Shown here piece by piece: positions 7,701 to 17,356 of a stretch of DNA of 64,000 nt. The notes under the pieces are model-generated. The model was not told the origin of the DNA. It ran no database searches and saw only the letters and a program-made list of their open reading frames with translations. The translations under genes and the position numbers were made by a program. This stretch comes from Terrimicrobiaceae bacterium. Lineage in GTDB: Bacteria; Verrucomicrobiota; Verrucomicrobiia; Chthoniobacterales; Terrimicrobiaceae. The DNA lies in assembly GCA_041752695.1 (NCBI GenBank), contig JBGSVZ010000062.1:1-64000 (forward strand), given 5' to 3'. Every line of letters begins with the position of its first letter. The first letter of the stretch is position 1.

Positions 7701-9911
7701 TCACGGGGTTGTCACCTTGACACGCAGGAAGCGCCGGCCGGCAGGGGCGGTCGTGTCGGTCACGGTGACCGTGCGGAGGCCGGTGCCGGGATCGGCTACG
7801 GTGCTAAGCGCGACATTTTGCGCGTCGAGCAGGGGGGCAGCGGGGGTTCCGCCCACGCTTCTGGCGATATCGGTCCACGCGACGAGATTGGAGGAGGCCT
7901 GCACGGCATAGGAAATGTCCGTGCGGGTGGCGTCGCAGGGGAAGGAGATTTGCAGGGAATTCGCGCTCTGGCCCGGGACGATCCCCGTGCTGTCGGGCGA
8001 TTTCGGGTTTTTGCGGAAGGCGTATTCCAGCAGATTTGGGACGCCATCGCGGTCGAAATCTGCGGTCGGGGCCGTTTGTCCGGTCAGGATGTCCGCGGCG
8101 GAAAACTCGGTGGCCTGCCACGTTGCATACGGAAGCACGGGTGCCGCTTGGGCGGTGACGACTTTGAGCGGGCCGTCGCCGAACCATCGCGTTCCGACGT
8201 TGGGCCGGATGCGCAGGTAATAGGAGGTTCCCACGGCGAGCGGTGTTCCGACGGTGGTGGCATCGAGGGTGAAAGCGGTGGCGTTTCCGGCCAGGGTGGT
8301 GGTTGTGGTGGTTACTAATTGGGTGGCGGGGGAAATGGTCACGTCGTCGATAAAAACGCCGGTGCTCGTGCTGGTTCCCAGAAAAGCCGAGTTGTTGTGT
8401 CGAAAGACAAAACGGACCTGAACCGGCTTGCCGGCGTAGTCTGCGAGGCTGACAGAACGGGCGATAAAAGCCGGATCCCAACCCGTGCTGGAGCCATTGC
8501 CATTGCCGTTTCGTCCCCAGACTTCGGTCCAGGTGGACCCGCTATCCTCGCTGACCTCCGCGCTGAGCCGGCTGGCGGTCGTCACGAAGCGGGAGAGATC
8601 GTGAAACGTGAGCTGGCTGCTGGCGGACGGGACGATCTCGCGGGAAACCTCGAAGCTTTGTTCGCCGGCGGCGAAGCTCGGAAAAGTCAGGTGGAAGGCC
8701 TGGGCTCCCGTCCGTTTCACAGCCGTCTGGGCGAGCGAATAGTCGGAGGCGGTGCGGTCGATGATGGTGGCGAGGGATTCCGCGCCCTCGACCCAGGCGG
8801 AGGCATTTCCCGTGCTGACGCGGAGTTGGTATTGGTCGGCTTGGGTGATGGAATTAAAGGTGTAGGCCTGACCGGTCACGGAAGGCGCGGAGGTGCCGGA
8901 GATCGCCACGGACTGGCCGAGCACGCCGGGGTTGAAGGACGTCACGGAATACGCATAGGAAGCGGGAACCCCCGTCCCGCTGATGCCAGAAAGCGTGACA
9001 CCAAACGAAACGTCCTGCAGACCGGAAACTTGCAGCACCGAGGGCACCCAGACGATGGTGTTTTCTCCGTAGCCGTTGTCGGTTCGCGAGATGACCGTTA
9101 CCGGGATCGACGTGCCGCTTCGGGTCATGGTGACGGACGCCGCCGCGAAATTTGCCCCAGGGTAGCTGAGCGACCAGCGAGCCGGGACGAGATCCTGCGC
9201 GACAAACCCCTGGTTCGGCCAGGCGACAAATGCCTGGGGCGCGCTGGTTTTAAAATTGCCAATCACCCAGATGGCGTTGGAGGAGGGGTTTGCGCCATTG
9301 GGGGGAATGTCCCCGGTGGCCATCTCCTGCGCCCGCGAGTACATGAGCCATCTCCGGTGGCCGACGATGATGTTGTTGGATCCATCGTCGCGCATGTAGG
9401 CGTCCACTGCCGCGGGACCAAAGTTTCCGAGGGCAATGTTGGAGGCTCCCGCCGCTTCCGCGCCATTAGCGGAGTAAAACGTCCAGTTGGCTGGTGGGAA
9501 ATGATTCAGCGCCGAGTTGGCGGAAAACATCAGGGCCGCCTCCTGGCATTTGGCACTCTTAGTATTATTGAAAAAAACATCGGCGGGGAGTCCGCTGACC
9601 GTGCGGTAATAGTTGATGCGCCGCCGCACGTCGTCCTTGAAAGTGGCGCTGGTCGTACCTGCCGCTCCGGTTGCCAGATTGCCGGTCCAGGAAATATTTC
9701 CCGCGAAACCACCCGAGGCCGGGTAGATCGTATTGTGAAACGCCAGAACATCGATCCTGCTGGTCGCATCGACCGAGAACCCCTGCACGGCATTGGGGGT
9801 TGCGGTTCCGGGGGTCCACGCCTGCGCCCTTGGGCTAAGAAGTGCGAGGAGGCCAAAGCCCAAGACAGGGAAAATGACTCGACCACCGCGAAAGAGACGT
9901 GCGCCGCTCAT
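7701..9911 (-). CDS. Secreted CAP (SCP) domain multidomain protein
   Basis: INYYRTVSGLP, LNHFP and GHRRWLM CAP motifs; C-terminal DFDRDGVPNLLEYAF and RRFLRVKV module; ATG at 9911 precedes a signal peptide. Confidence 0.8.
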   Translation of the reverse strand: MSGARLFRGGRVIFPVLGFGLLALLSPRAQAWTPGTATPNAVQGFSVDATSRIDVLAFHNTIYPASGGFAGNISWTGNLATGAAGTTSATFKDDVRRRINYYRTVSGLPADVFFNNTKSAKCQEAALMFSANSALNHFPPANWTFYSANGAEAAGASNIALGNFGPAAVDAYMRDDGSNNIIVGHRRWLMYSRAQEMATGDIPPNGANPSSNAIWVIGNFKTSAPQAFVAWPNQGFVAQDLVPARWSLSYPGANFAAASVTMTRSGTSIPVTVISRTDNGYGENTIVWVPSVLQVSGLQDVSFGVTLSGISGTGVPASYAYSVTSFNPGVLGQSVAISGTSAPSVTGQAYTFNSITQADQYQLRVSTGNASAWVEGAESLATIIDRTASDYSLAQTAVKRTGAQAFHLTFPSFAAGEQSFEVSREIVPSASSQLTFHDLSRFVTTASRLSAEVSEDSGSTWTEVWGRNGNGNGSSTGWDPAFIARSVSLADYAGKPVQVRFVFRHNNSAFLGTSTSTGVFIDDVTISPATQLVTTTTTTLAGNATAFTLDATTVGTPLAVGTSYYLRIRPNVGTRWFGDGPLKVVTAQAAPVLPYATWQATEFSAADILTGQTAPTADFDRDGVPNLLEYAFRKNPKSPDSTGIVPGQSANSLQISFPCDATRTDISYAVQASSNLVAWTDIARSVGGTPAAPLLDAQNVALSTVADPGTGLRTVTVTDTTAPAGRRFLRVKVTTP

Positions 9912-10236
9912 GAGATTAGGGGGGGGCGGCTTAGGGAAGGCGTGGGGCTTCGCCGAGCTGGGGGGGGTGAGGGGTGGGGGCGACGGCGGGGGTGGCTGTG
10001 ATTTCAGCCGCTGGGGACGGAGCTGGGACCGTTGCCCCGCGGCCGCCATCCTTTGCATCGCAGCCGAGAACCACTAAGGTGCACAAAGTCAGGAGACGGA
10101 GCGGATCGGCGACCTTCCCGCGTCGTCTCTCGCAGAATCCGGGAGGATGATTCATGGGTTGACCATGCCATCCTCTGACTGTGAGTCAAGCCGGGCGCAT
10201 GACGTCAACGTGCCATGGCGTGGGAAACTTAGGCGC

Positions 10237-10292
10237 TGGAGTCCAGCCTTTAGGCTGCCGGGGAAGGCGCACGCTGAAGCGTGAACTCCAAC
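10237..10292. repeat. GGAG-class REP-like hairpin, copy 1
   Basis: TGGAGTCCAGCCTTTAGGCTG...CACGCTGAAGCGTGAACTCCAAC; near-identical copy at 44919-44973. Confidence 0.85.
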
Positions 10293-10376
10293 GCTTCGCC
10301 AAGCACGGGCGCTTTCCCTTGACTTTGGTCGAAGCTGGCTTACTGGGTTCCCTGTGGCAAACCTCGCTTCCCCCCT

Positions 10377-13300
10377 GTGAAGCCTCTCCGGGCTTCTTCT
10401 TTTTTCCGATGCCGAAAAGTGGGACGAAGTTGTGCAACTGGTGGAGTTGTTTTGGGGGGATTAGTCTTTTTGATGCCTCTGTGGATGGGGGCGGTGGATT
10501 TGGACAGCTCGGGGATGAGCGATGTGTGGGAGAATGTTTACGAAACCGATGGCCTCGAGGCTGGGGGTGACCCGGATGGGGACCTGCAATCGAATGGGGA
10601 AGAGGCCAGGGCAGGAACGGATCCGCGGGACGCGCAGTCGCGGTTTTTGGTTTCGGAAGTGTCTGTGGCGGGAACGGATGTGGTGGTGAAATGGGTGGCC
10701 CAACCGGGGAAGTCCTACCGGCTGCTTTCCACTGCAGATCTGGCGGCGGGCCCGTGGCTTCCGGTGACGGAATTTCAGCTGGCGGAGACGGTGAGCGGGG
10801 AAGTCACGCTGGCGGGAGGAGCGGCGGACAACCGGTTTTATCGGGTGGAGGTGAGGGACGTGGATACCGACGGAGATGGAGTCTCCGATTGGGAAGAACG
10901 GCGGCTTCCCGGATTCGACCCGACGAGCGCGGAGAGCGCGCAACCCGGAACTTCGGATCTGGCGGTGCTGACCGGTATGCTGAGCGGGACATCGACGACG
11001 GTGACCGTGAGCGCCGTTGGGCCTGCCGCCGTGGAAAAAGAGGCGGTCGAAGGGATTTTCCGGATCTCCCGCACCGGCGGTCTGGCGGGAGTGACCGCGC
11101 ATTTCACCTTTGCGGGGAACGCGGAACCGCAGAAGGGCTCTGCCTCGGCAGCTGACTATTCCTTGCACGACGCGGCGGGAAACCCGGTGGCGGGTTCTGT
11201 GGTCATTCCCTTCGGTGTGTCGTTCGTAGATGTTCGGGTGACACCGCTGGTGGATGGGTTGGTGGAGACTCCGGAAACACTGACGCTGAAGCTTTCCGCC
11301 GATCCGGCCTATGCCGTGGGGGCGACGGGCGGGGCGGCGGTGGTGATCAAGGACGCGGCAAACACGGCGGCCAACGAGCGGATTTTTTTGGCGTATCTGG
11401 TGCCTACCGGGGCCGGCACCTCGGCGACCGGACTTTCGACCGTCCGCCTCCAGGGCGACAACGCGACGGGATTTGTCAATCTGGCTTTCAGCGGCCTGAC
11501 CAGCCCGCAGACCACGGCTTTTCTGGATCTGGAGAACAATGGCACGGGACTTTATGTGAAAGGTCTGCCGATCGGACAAGTGACCGACAACCTCTGGACG
11601 GTCAAGGCGGCGGCGTATCTCACCACGGACCAGGCCATGGTTGACGCGCTGTTTGCGGGCAACGTTTCGGCGGTGGTGAATACCACGGGATTTCTCGAGG
11701 GGGAGATTCGTGGGAATTTCCAGCAGTCCTCGGGATCCACCGAGCCGCCCGTGCCGGGGGAACCACCGCAGATCGAGGTTCTGGCGGGCGAGTCGCTCCG
11801 CCGGGATGTGGCGAGGTTTCTCACCCAGGCGACCTTTGGGCCCACGGAGGCCGAGATCAACGCGCTCGCGGCGACCATTGAGACGGAACACGCGGGGGAC
11901 CGGATCGCAGGATATGGCGCGTGGATTGATGCGCAGTTTGCGCTGGATCCGACAAGTTTGGAAGCCTACACGCGGGCGGCGGATGGGCAGGAGTGGGCCT
12001 TGCGCGGGACGGATCCCATCAACTACACGACCACCACCGGCGAGCCGGGTTCTTCGAACCGTCGCCGGGCTTGGTGGATGGCCGTGGTGGGTGGGCAGGA
12101 CCAGCTGCGTCAGCGTGTGGGTTTTGCCTTAAGTGAAATCTTTGTCGTTTCGGAAAAAAACAGCGTCGTGGCAGACCGCCATTATGGAGCAGCTCGTTAT
12201 TACGACCAACTGGTGGCGGGGGCGGACGGCAATTTTCGCACCCTGCTGGAGGGCATTAGCAAGAGCCCGATGATGGGTACCTATCTCAGTCATCTGAAAA
12301 ATCAAAAAGCGATTTACGATCCGGTGACGGGCGCAGTGTTGGTGAGTCCCGATGAAAATTTTGCGCGGGAGATCATGCAACTTTTTTCCATCGGGCTGGT
12401 GGGTTTGCACATGGACGGCAGTTTGCGGCTGGGAGCGGGCGGCGTGCCGGTTCCCACTTACTCGAATGCCGACATCATGGACCTGGCGAGGGTTCTGACG
12501 GGATGGAGTTTTAGCAAACGCCATGGGAGCAAGACGGATGGCTACCCGGAACAGGATAATCCCAGTTTCACCCAAAGCAGCGGGCCGAGGTATTTCCAGG
12601 CATCGTGGGTGAATCCGATGAAAAATTTCGCGACTTATCACGACACCGGGGCGAAGGTCGTTCTCGGCCAGTCCATTCCTGCCGGCCTCGACGGCGAAGC
12701 CGACCTGGACGCAGCGCTCGATATTCTGTGTGCCCACGAAAATGTGGCGCCGTTCATTAGCCGGTTGCTGATTCAGCGGCTCGTCACTTCCACGCCGAGC
12801 GCGGGTTATATCCACCGGGTGGCGCAAAAGTTTGCCAACGATGGCTTGGGAAGTCGGGGGAATCTTGGTGCGGTGGTTCGGGCGATCCTCCTCGACCCGG
12901 AGGCTCGCAACCTTGGGGTGGCGGAATACGTCGGCTATGGCAAACAAAAGGAGCCAATTGTCCGGTATGTGCAGCTCCTCCGGGCATTGGGGGCCTTCTC
13001 CCAGTTGCCCTTGGCGGACCTTTCCGCGTTTGGCTACCCCGCCACGCAGCTTGATAACTTCGCCCCAGGGGCGACGCGCATGCGCTTTTCCAATACGGAC
13101 ACGGCTTTCAGTCAGTCACCGCTGGCGTCGCCGACGGTCTTTAATTATTTCCTCCCCGGCTACAGCCCCGGCGGGGCCATCACGCAGGCGGGGCTCGTGG
13201 CGCCGGAAATGCAGATCACCAACGAAACCCAAATCGTTCAGGCGGTGAACACCAACCGCACCATCCTGAATAACACTGGCGGCCAAGGGGGATCGTCCCT

Positions 13301-13601
13301 GCCCGGGGCCACCGTGACGACGCTAGACGATGTGAGGATCGACCGTCTGCCCTGGGAGGCGTTTTACAATGCGGAGATTGCGCGCGGCCAGACGCCCACG
13401 CAGGCTGTGACCACCCTGGTGGACCGTCTGGACACCCTCCTGATGGCCGGCCGATTTAAGGAGGCTTATGCGTCCGCCCCGCTGCCGAATCCCCGAGCCA
13501 GTGTGATCGATGCTGGGGTGAAGGCCACGACCACGACGGACCGCGTGGTCAATATTTTTTACCTTATGGGCAACGCCCCCGAATTTCTCCACCAGAAATA
13601 G
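10377..13601 (+). CDS. DUF1800 family protein with N-terminal Asp-rich, Calx-beta-like and CHRD-like domains
   Basis: RFLTQATFGP, DQLRQRVGFALSEIFVVS, PDENFAREIMQLFSIGL and AILLDPEAR motifs. Start uncertain. Confidence 0.92.
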   Translation: MKPLRASSFFRCRKVGRSCATGGVVLGGLVFLMPLWMGAVDLDSSGMSDVWENVYETDGLEAGGDPDGDLQSNGEEARAGTDPRDAQSRFLVSEVSVAGTDVVVKWVAQPGKSYRLLSTADLAAGPWLPVTEFQLAETVSGEVTLAGGAADNRFYRVEVRDVDTDGDGVSDWEERRLPGFDPTSAESAQPGTSDLAVLTGMLSGTSTTVTVSAVGPAAVEKEAVEGIFRISRTGGLAGVTAHFTFAGNAEPQKGSASAADYSLHDAAGNPVAGSVVIPFGVSFVDVRVTPLVDGLVETPETLTLKLSADPAYAVGATGGAAVVIKDAANTAANERIFLAYLVPTGAGTSATGLSTVRLQGDNATGFVNLAFSGLTSPQTTAFLDLENNGTGLYVKGLPIGQVTDNLWTVKAAAYLTTDQAMVDALFAGNVSAVVNTTGFLEGEIRGNFQQSSGSTEPPVPGEPPQIEVLAGESLRRDVARFLTQATFGPTEAEINALAATIETEHAGDRIAGYGAWIDAQFALDPTSLEAYTRAADGQEWALRGTDPINYTTTTGEPGSSNRRRAWWMAVVGGQDQLRQRVGFALSEIFVVSEKNSVVADRHYGAARYYDQLVAGADGNFRTLLEGISKSPMMGTYLSHLKNQKAIYDPVTGAVLVSPDENFAREIMQLFSIGLVGLHMDGSLRLGAGGVPVPTYSNADIMDLARVLTGWSFSKRHGSKTDGYPEQDNPSFTQSSGPRYFQASWVNPMKNFATYHDTGAKVVLGQSIPAGLDGEADLDAALDILCAHENVAPFISRLLIQRLVTSTPSAGYIHRVAQKFANDGLGSRGNLGAVVRAILLDPEARNLGVAEYVGYGKQKEPIVRYVQLLRALGAFSQLPLADLSAFGYPATQLDNFAPGATRMRFSNTDTAFSQSPLASPTVFNYFLPGYSPGGAITQAGLVAPEMQITNETQIVQAVNTNRTILNNTGGQGGSSLPGATVTTLDDVRIDRLPWEAFYNAEIARGQTPTQAVTTLVDRLDTLLMAGRFKEAYASAPLPNPRASVIDAGVKATTTTDRVVNIFYLMGNAPEFLHQK

Positions 13602-13605
13602 TCCG

Positions 13606-15120
13606 ATGAAAAAATCCAACGACCGTGACCTGCTGCTCAGTCGGCGCGCCTTTCTTCGCCAGTCCACCTGCGCTGCTCTGGGGGTCACGGGTTTGGTCAA
13701 CACCCTGGCGCACCTCACACTCACCCGGGCCGCATTGGCTCAGGGCATTCCAGGCGACGATTACAAAGCGCTTGTCGTCTTGTTTCTCTACGGAGGCAAC
13801 GATTCCAACAACCTGCTTATCCCAAGGCTCGGGCATTTTGCGTATCAGGACTACAAGACCCATCGCGGGGTCTTAGGGATTCTGGATCCTAATGATCCCG
13901 CTTATGTGGCGGGCCGCCCCGCTTCCATCGCGCTGGCCGGCGACGGAGCCGGTTACGGAGTGCACCCGTCTTTGCAGCCGCTGGCCGATCTTTTTAACTC
14001 CGGCGAACTCGCCTTTGTCGCCAACACCGGCACGCTGGCCTTTCCCCTGAACCGGACGCAATACCTCTCCAATTCCGTTCCGCTCCCGTTGCAACTTTTT
14101 TCGCATTCGGATCAACAGATCGAATGGCAAAGTTCCGTGGCAGACAAACCGTTTCAGTCCGGCTGGGGTGGCCGCGTCGCGGATCTTCTCAAGCAGGAGG
14201 GATACGCCGGGAGCAAGGTCTCTCTTTCCATCACGATCTCGGGCATCAACAGCCTTCAGGTCGGCTCGGATGTTGTCCAATACACCGTCAGTCCGACCGG
14301 AGCGGTCACCTTGGGCGGATTCGGCACAAACTATTCCTCGGCCAAAAATGCCGACGGCACCTATCGCAACACCAGCACCGGCCACCGGCTGAAGGCGTTT
14401 GATGAAATCACCGCGCACACCCACCAGCATTTGTTGGAGGAAGGATATAACGAAGTGATGCGGCGAGCCCGGGCCAGCGAAGCCATTGTTGGCACCGCGT
14501 TCACCGCCGCCGCCCAATCCGGCGTGGACCTTGATGCCATCTTTCAGCCGGCCAATACCTCACTGGGCAACCAACTGAAAACCGTGGCCAAGCTCATCGC
14601 GGGCCGGACCAGTCTGGACAACCGCCGGCAGATCTTTTTCTGCAGTGTGGGGGGCTACGATACGCACTCGGACCAAATCGCCTCCCAAGCCAATCTGATG
14701 GCTGAACTGGGCAACTCGGCCAAAGCCTTTTCCGACGCCCTCGTCGCTCTGGGGGTCAATGACAAAGTGCTCACCATTAGCCACTCGGATTTCACCCGGA
14801 CCTTCACGCCCAATGGCACCGACATCCTCACCGCAGGCTCCGACCATGGCTGGGGCGGACATCACATCGTGATGGGCGGACCGGTCAATGGCGGCAAAAT
14901 CTATGGTACCTTTCCCAGCCTCAAAGTGGGGATGGATCAGGACGCGGGGACGAATCGGGGTCGCTGGATTCCCACGACGTCCGTGGACCAATACGCCTCG
15001 GTCGCCGCCCGCTGGCTGGGCGTGGAGAGCAGCGCGCTGTCGGCAATATTTCCAAACCTTCACCGGTTTGACGATCCGTTCGGAGCCACGGCCAATCTGG
15101 GATATGTCAGTCTGGGCTGA
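13606..15120 (+). CDS. DUF1501 family protein with Tat signal
   Basis: SRRAFL Tat motif; DYKALVVLFLYGGNDSNN, LFSHSDQQ, GGYDTH, SDFTRT and GSDHGWG motifs; directly after DUF1800. Confidence 0.93.
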   Translation: MKKSNDRDLLLSRRAFLRQSTCAALGVTGLVNTLAHLTLTRAALAQGIPGDDYKALVVLFLYGGNDSNNLLIPRLGHFAYQDYKTHRGVLGILDPNDPAYVAGRPASIALAGDGAGYGVHPSLQPLADLFNSGELAFVANTGTLAFPLNRTQYLSNSVPLPLQLFSHSDQQIEWQSSVADKPFQSGWGGRVADLLKQEGYAGSKVSLSITISGINSLQVGSDVVQYTVSPTGAVTLGGFGTNYSSAKNADGTYRNTSTGHRLKAFDEITAHTHQHLLEEGYNEVMRRARASEAIVGTAFTAAAQSGVDLDAIFQPANTSLGNQLKTVAKLIAGRTSLDNRRQIFFCSVGGYDTHSDQIASQANLMAELGNSAKAFSDALVALGVNDKVLTISHSDFTRTFTPNGTDILTAGSDHGWGGHHIVMGGPVNGGKIYGTFPSLKVGMDQDAGTNRGRWIPTTSVDQYASVAARWLGVESSALSAIFPNLHRFDDPFGATANLGYVSLG

Positions 15121-15742
15121 TCGCCGGGTCCTTCTAGCCGCGACAGCCGTCCTGGTCCTTTGTGTCTCAGGGACAATGCTCCTGCTGCGGGACGATCCCG
15201 CCGAGACTGCGCCCGCGGTTTCAAAGGTTCCGCTTGGCCCGGGGTCAGATCGCCAATTGCCCGCCACGCAGGCAACGTCGGTAACGCGGACCGCGGTGGC
15301 CCCGCCCATCCTGACACCCGACCGGGCCCAACCCGCCGAGGTCGCGCCCGATGGTGTCCGGCTCCTCCCGGGGGGGCGCGAGTTGGTGATTGAGCTCAAC
15401 AACCGGAATCAACCCCCGGAGCGCGACCTGGAAATCCTGGATGGGGTGCTCTCGGAATACCGTCGGGTTTTCGGACAGAACCCTCCGGGCGGCCTCAATG
15501 CGGAAATCACGGCCGCTCTTCTGGGGGCTAATGACCGTGGTCTCGCGGTCATTCCCTCCGGACTGCCTGCCGTGAATTCTGCGGGCGAACTGGTGGACCG
15601 TTGGGACACTCCGTATTTTTTCCACCCCGTCTCGCGAACCATTATGGAAGTGCTCTCCGCCGGGCCCGATGGGCGGCTCTGGACGTCTGATGATGTGGGG
15701 AAAATCCATCCGGCTAGCCGGGAAGTGAGCGAGGAGTTTTAG
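15104..15742 (+). CDS. Membrane-anchored protein with a GspG-like C-terminal motif
   Basis: N-terminal TM helix, Pro/Thr linker, then DRWDTPYFF...SAGPDGRLWTSDD; overlaps the DUF1501 stop. Confidence 0.7.
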   Translation: MSVWADRRVLLAATAVLVLCVSGTMLLLRDDPAETAPAVSKVPLGPGSDRQLPATQATSVTRTAVAPPILTPDRAQPAEVAPDGVRLLPGGRELVIELNNRNQPPERDLEILDGVLSEYRRVFGQNPPGGLNAEITAALLGANDRGLAVIPSGLPAVNSAGELVDRWDTPYFFHPVSRTIMEVLSAGPDGRLWTSDDVGKIHPASREVSEEF

Positions 15743-15799
15743 CCCCCGGCTTTCGATTCCGCGGGTCTGATCTTCCAGCCCCACGGGCGGAGTTTCCGC

Positions 15800-16252
15800 C
15801 TAAGCGGTGGCACTCTGCTCGAAAAAATCCCGAAACACCTGGGCATAAACCTCACGTTTCATCGGCGCGATCCAATCGAGTTGGTAGGAAGCCGGCGGCA
15901 GCCAGCGGGCGGCGCGAAACTCGTGGGTCCCATCGAAACGAATCGTGGCGTGCGCATTGGTGAGTTCGGCGAGGAAATAGTGCTGTTCCTGACCATCGAA
16001 GCCATTTTTCTGCCTGCCATTGGCAAAGAGGTATCGATAGGGCCCGCGGCTGGAAAGGACACGGTAATCGCGGGGCAGGAGACCGAGTTCTTCGTCCACC
16101 TCGCGGGCGAGGGCGGCGGAGAGGGATTCGCCGGGTTTTACCCCGCCCTGGGGGAATTGCCAGCAACCCGCCCAGTCACTGCGTTCGCAGACCAGGATTT
16201 CCCCGGAGGTATTGCGCAGAATAAATGCGACATTCGGTCGGTAGGAAGGCAT
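15800..16252 (-). CDS. NUDIX hydrolase, RppH-like
   Basis: YRPNV start; WQFPQGG...REVDEELGL Nudix box; GQEQHYF and KREVY motifs. Confidence 0.88.
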   Translation of the reverse strand: MPSYRPNVAFILRNTSGEILVCERSDWAGCWQFPQGGVKPGESLSAALAREVDEELGLLPRDYRVLSSRGPYRYLFANGRQKNGFDGQEQHYFLAELTNAHATIRFDGTHEFRAARWLPPASYQLDWIAPMKREVYAQVFRDFFEQSATA

Positions 16253-16317
16253 CGTTCCTCTATGGAACAAAAGCCCGCGCCGACGCCAGCGCCGTTTTGG
16301 GAAAACCTCCTTTCCGC

Positions 16318-16803
16318 ATGGAAATAGACCGGACCCTCCTGCTGCGTGGGGTGGCGGCGTTTCTGGCAATCGCGGGCATTTGGACTGCGTTCGAGGTCGC
16401 GCCCGGCCGACGCCTGGTGCGCTGTCAGGAACGTTTGCTGGAGGCTGCGGGAAACCGGAACTGGGAGACCGTGCGCACCTTTCTGGCGGAAGAATACCGG
16501 GACCACTGGGGAAACGACCGCGACCAGGCCATCACCCAGGCATCCGAGGCGCTGCGAAATTTTCTGACCCTGGAGATCACCAGCGAGTCCACCACGGTGC
16601 AGCGCGAGGGCCGGGAGGCGACAATTTCCGCCCGTCTGCGGCTGGCCGGACGGGGAAATGCCATCGGCGAGGAAATTCTTTCGCGGGCGAATTCCCTGGA
16701 ATCCCACTTCCAGTTTGCGTGGAAGCGGAAAAGCTGGAAGCCTTGGGACTGGAAACTCGTTTTTATCAGTCAGCCCGAACTCGACACCACGTGGACGCCA
16801 TGA
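16318..16803 (+). CDS. Hypothetical membrane-anchored protein, possible NTF2-like fold
   Basis: TM helix followed by W..V..FLAEEYRD pattern; ATGA overlap with the next gene. Confidence 0.65.
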   Translation: MEIDRTLLLRGVAAFLAIAGIWTAFEVAPGRRLVRCQERLLEAAGNRNWETVRTFLAEEYRDHWGNDRDQAITQASEALRNFLTLEITSESTTVQREGREATISARLRLAGRGNAIGEEILSRANSLESHFQFAWKRKSWKPWDWKLVFISQPELDTTWTP

Positions 16804-17306
16804 AAAAAATCCTCCTCATCGCCCTCCTGGCCTCCGCCCCGGCGGTGCTGGCTCAGGAACCATCGCCCTCTCCCTCGCCCACCCGGCTGCAGCGGGGCGT
16901 GTGGCAGGCTGATCTCCCCGGCGGGAAATACATTGTCCGTCTTTCGGCCATCACAGCGGTCAGCCTTCACGAATACGTGGTGGACAATGCCGCGCGAGTC
17001 ACCGAGGTGAACATTGGAACGTCCGGCAGCGAGATGGTGCGATTTTATGTGATCGAACCCAATGTGCCGAAGGCACCCGGTGGAGTCGGTCAGTCCGTCA
17101 TCGACAAGGCGGAAGAGAAAGCCAACGAGCTTCTCAATCGCACGCGCATGGACGAAACTTGGCAGAAGGTGATGAAAAATTACCCGACCACCACGCACGC
17201 CCATACCATTGAATACCGGCTCCCTTCCCGCGATGTGATCGATAAACTTTTCGAGAGCATCCAGGATTCTTGGCTCAACCAACGGGCCTCCGTATTCAAA
17301 CCTTGA
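16800..17306 (+). CDS. Hypothetical secreted protein
   Basis: Signal peptide MKKILLIALLASAPAVLA|Q; translationally coupled to the upstream gene. Confidence 0.8.
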   Translation: MKKILLIALLASAPAVLAQEPSPSPSPTRLQRGVWQADLPGGKYIVRLSAITAVSLHEYVVDNAARVTEVNIGTSGSEMVRFYVIEPNVPKAPGGVGQSVIDKAEEKANELLNRTRMDETWQKVMKNYPTTTHAHTIEYRLPSRDVIDKLFESIQDSWLNQRASVFKP

Positions 17307-17356
17307 ACTGCCGGCCCGGAACGCCCATCGTCCCGCCTCTTCCGCCGGCTGATCCT

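Noticed and set aside
9912..10058. Proline-rich N-terminal extension of the CAP protein
   Set aside because: The signal peptide follows Met at 9911; the Pro run comes from the non-coding G/C tract.
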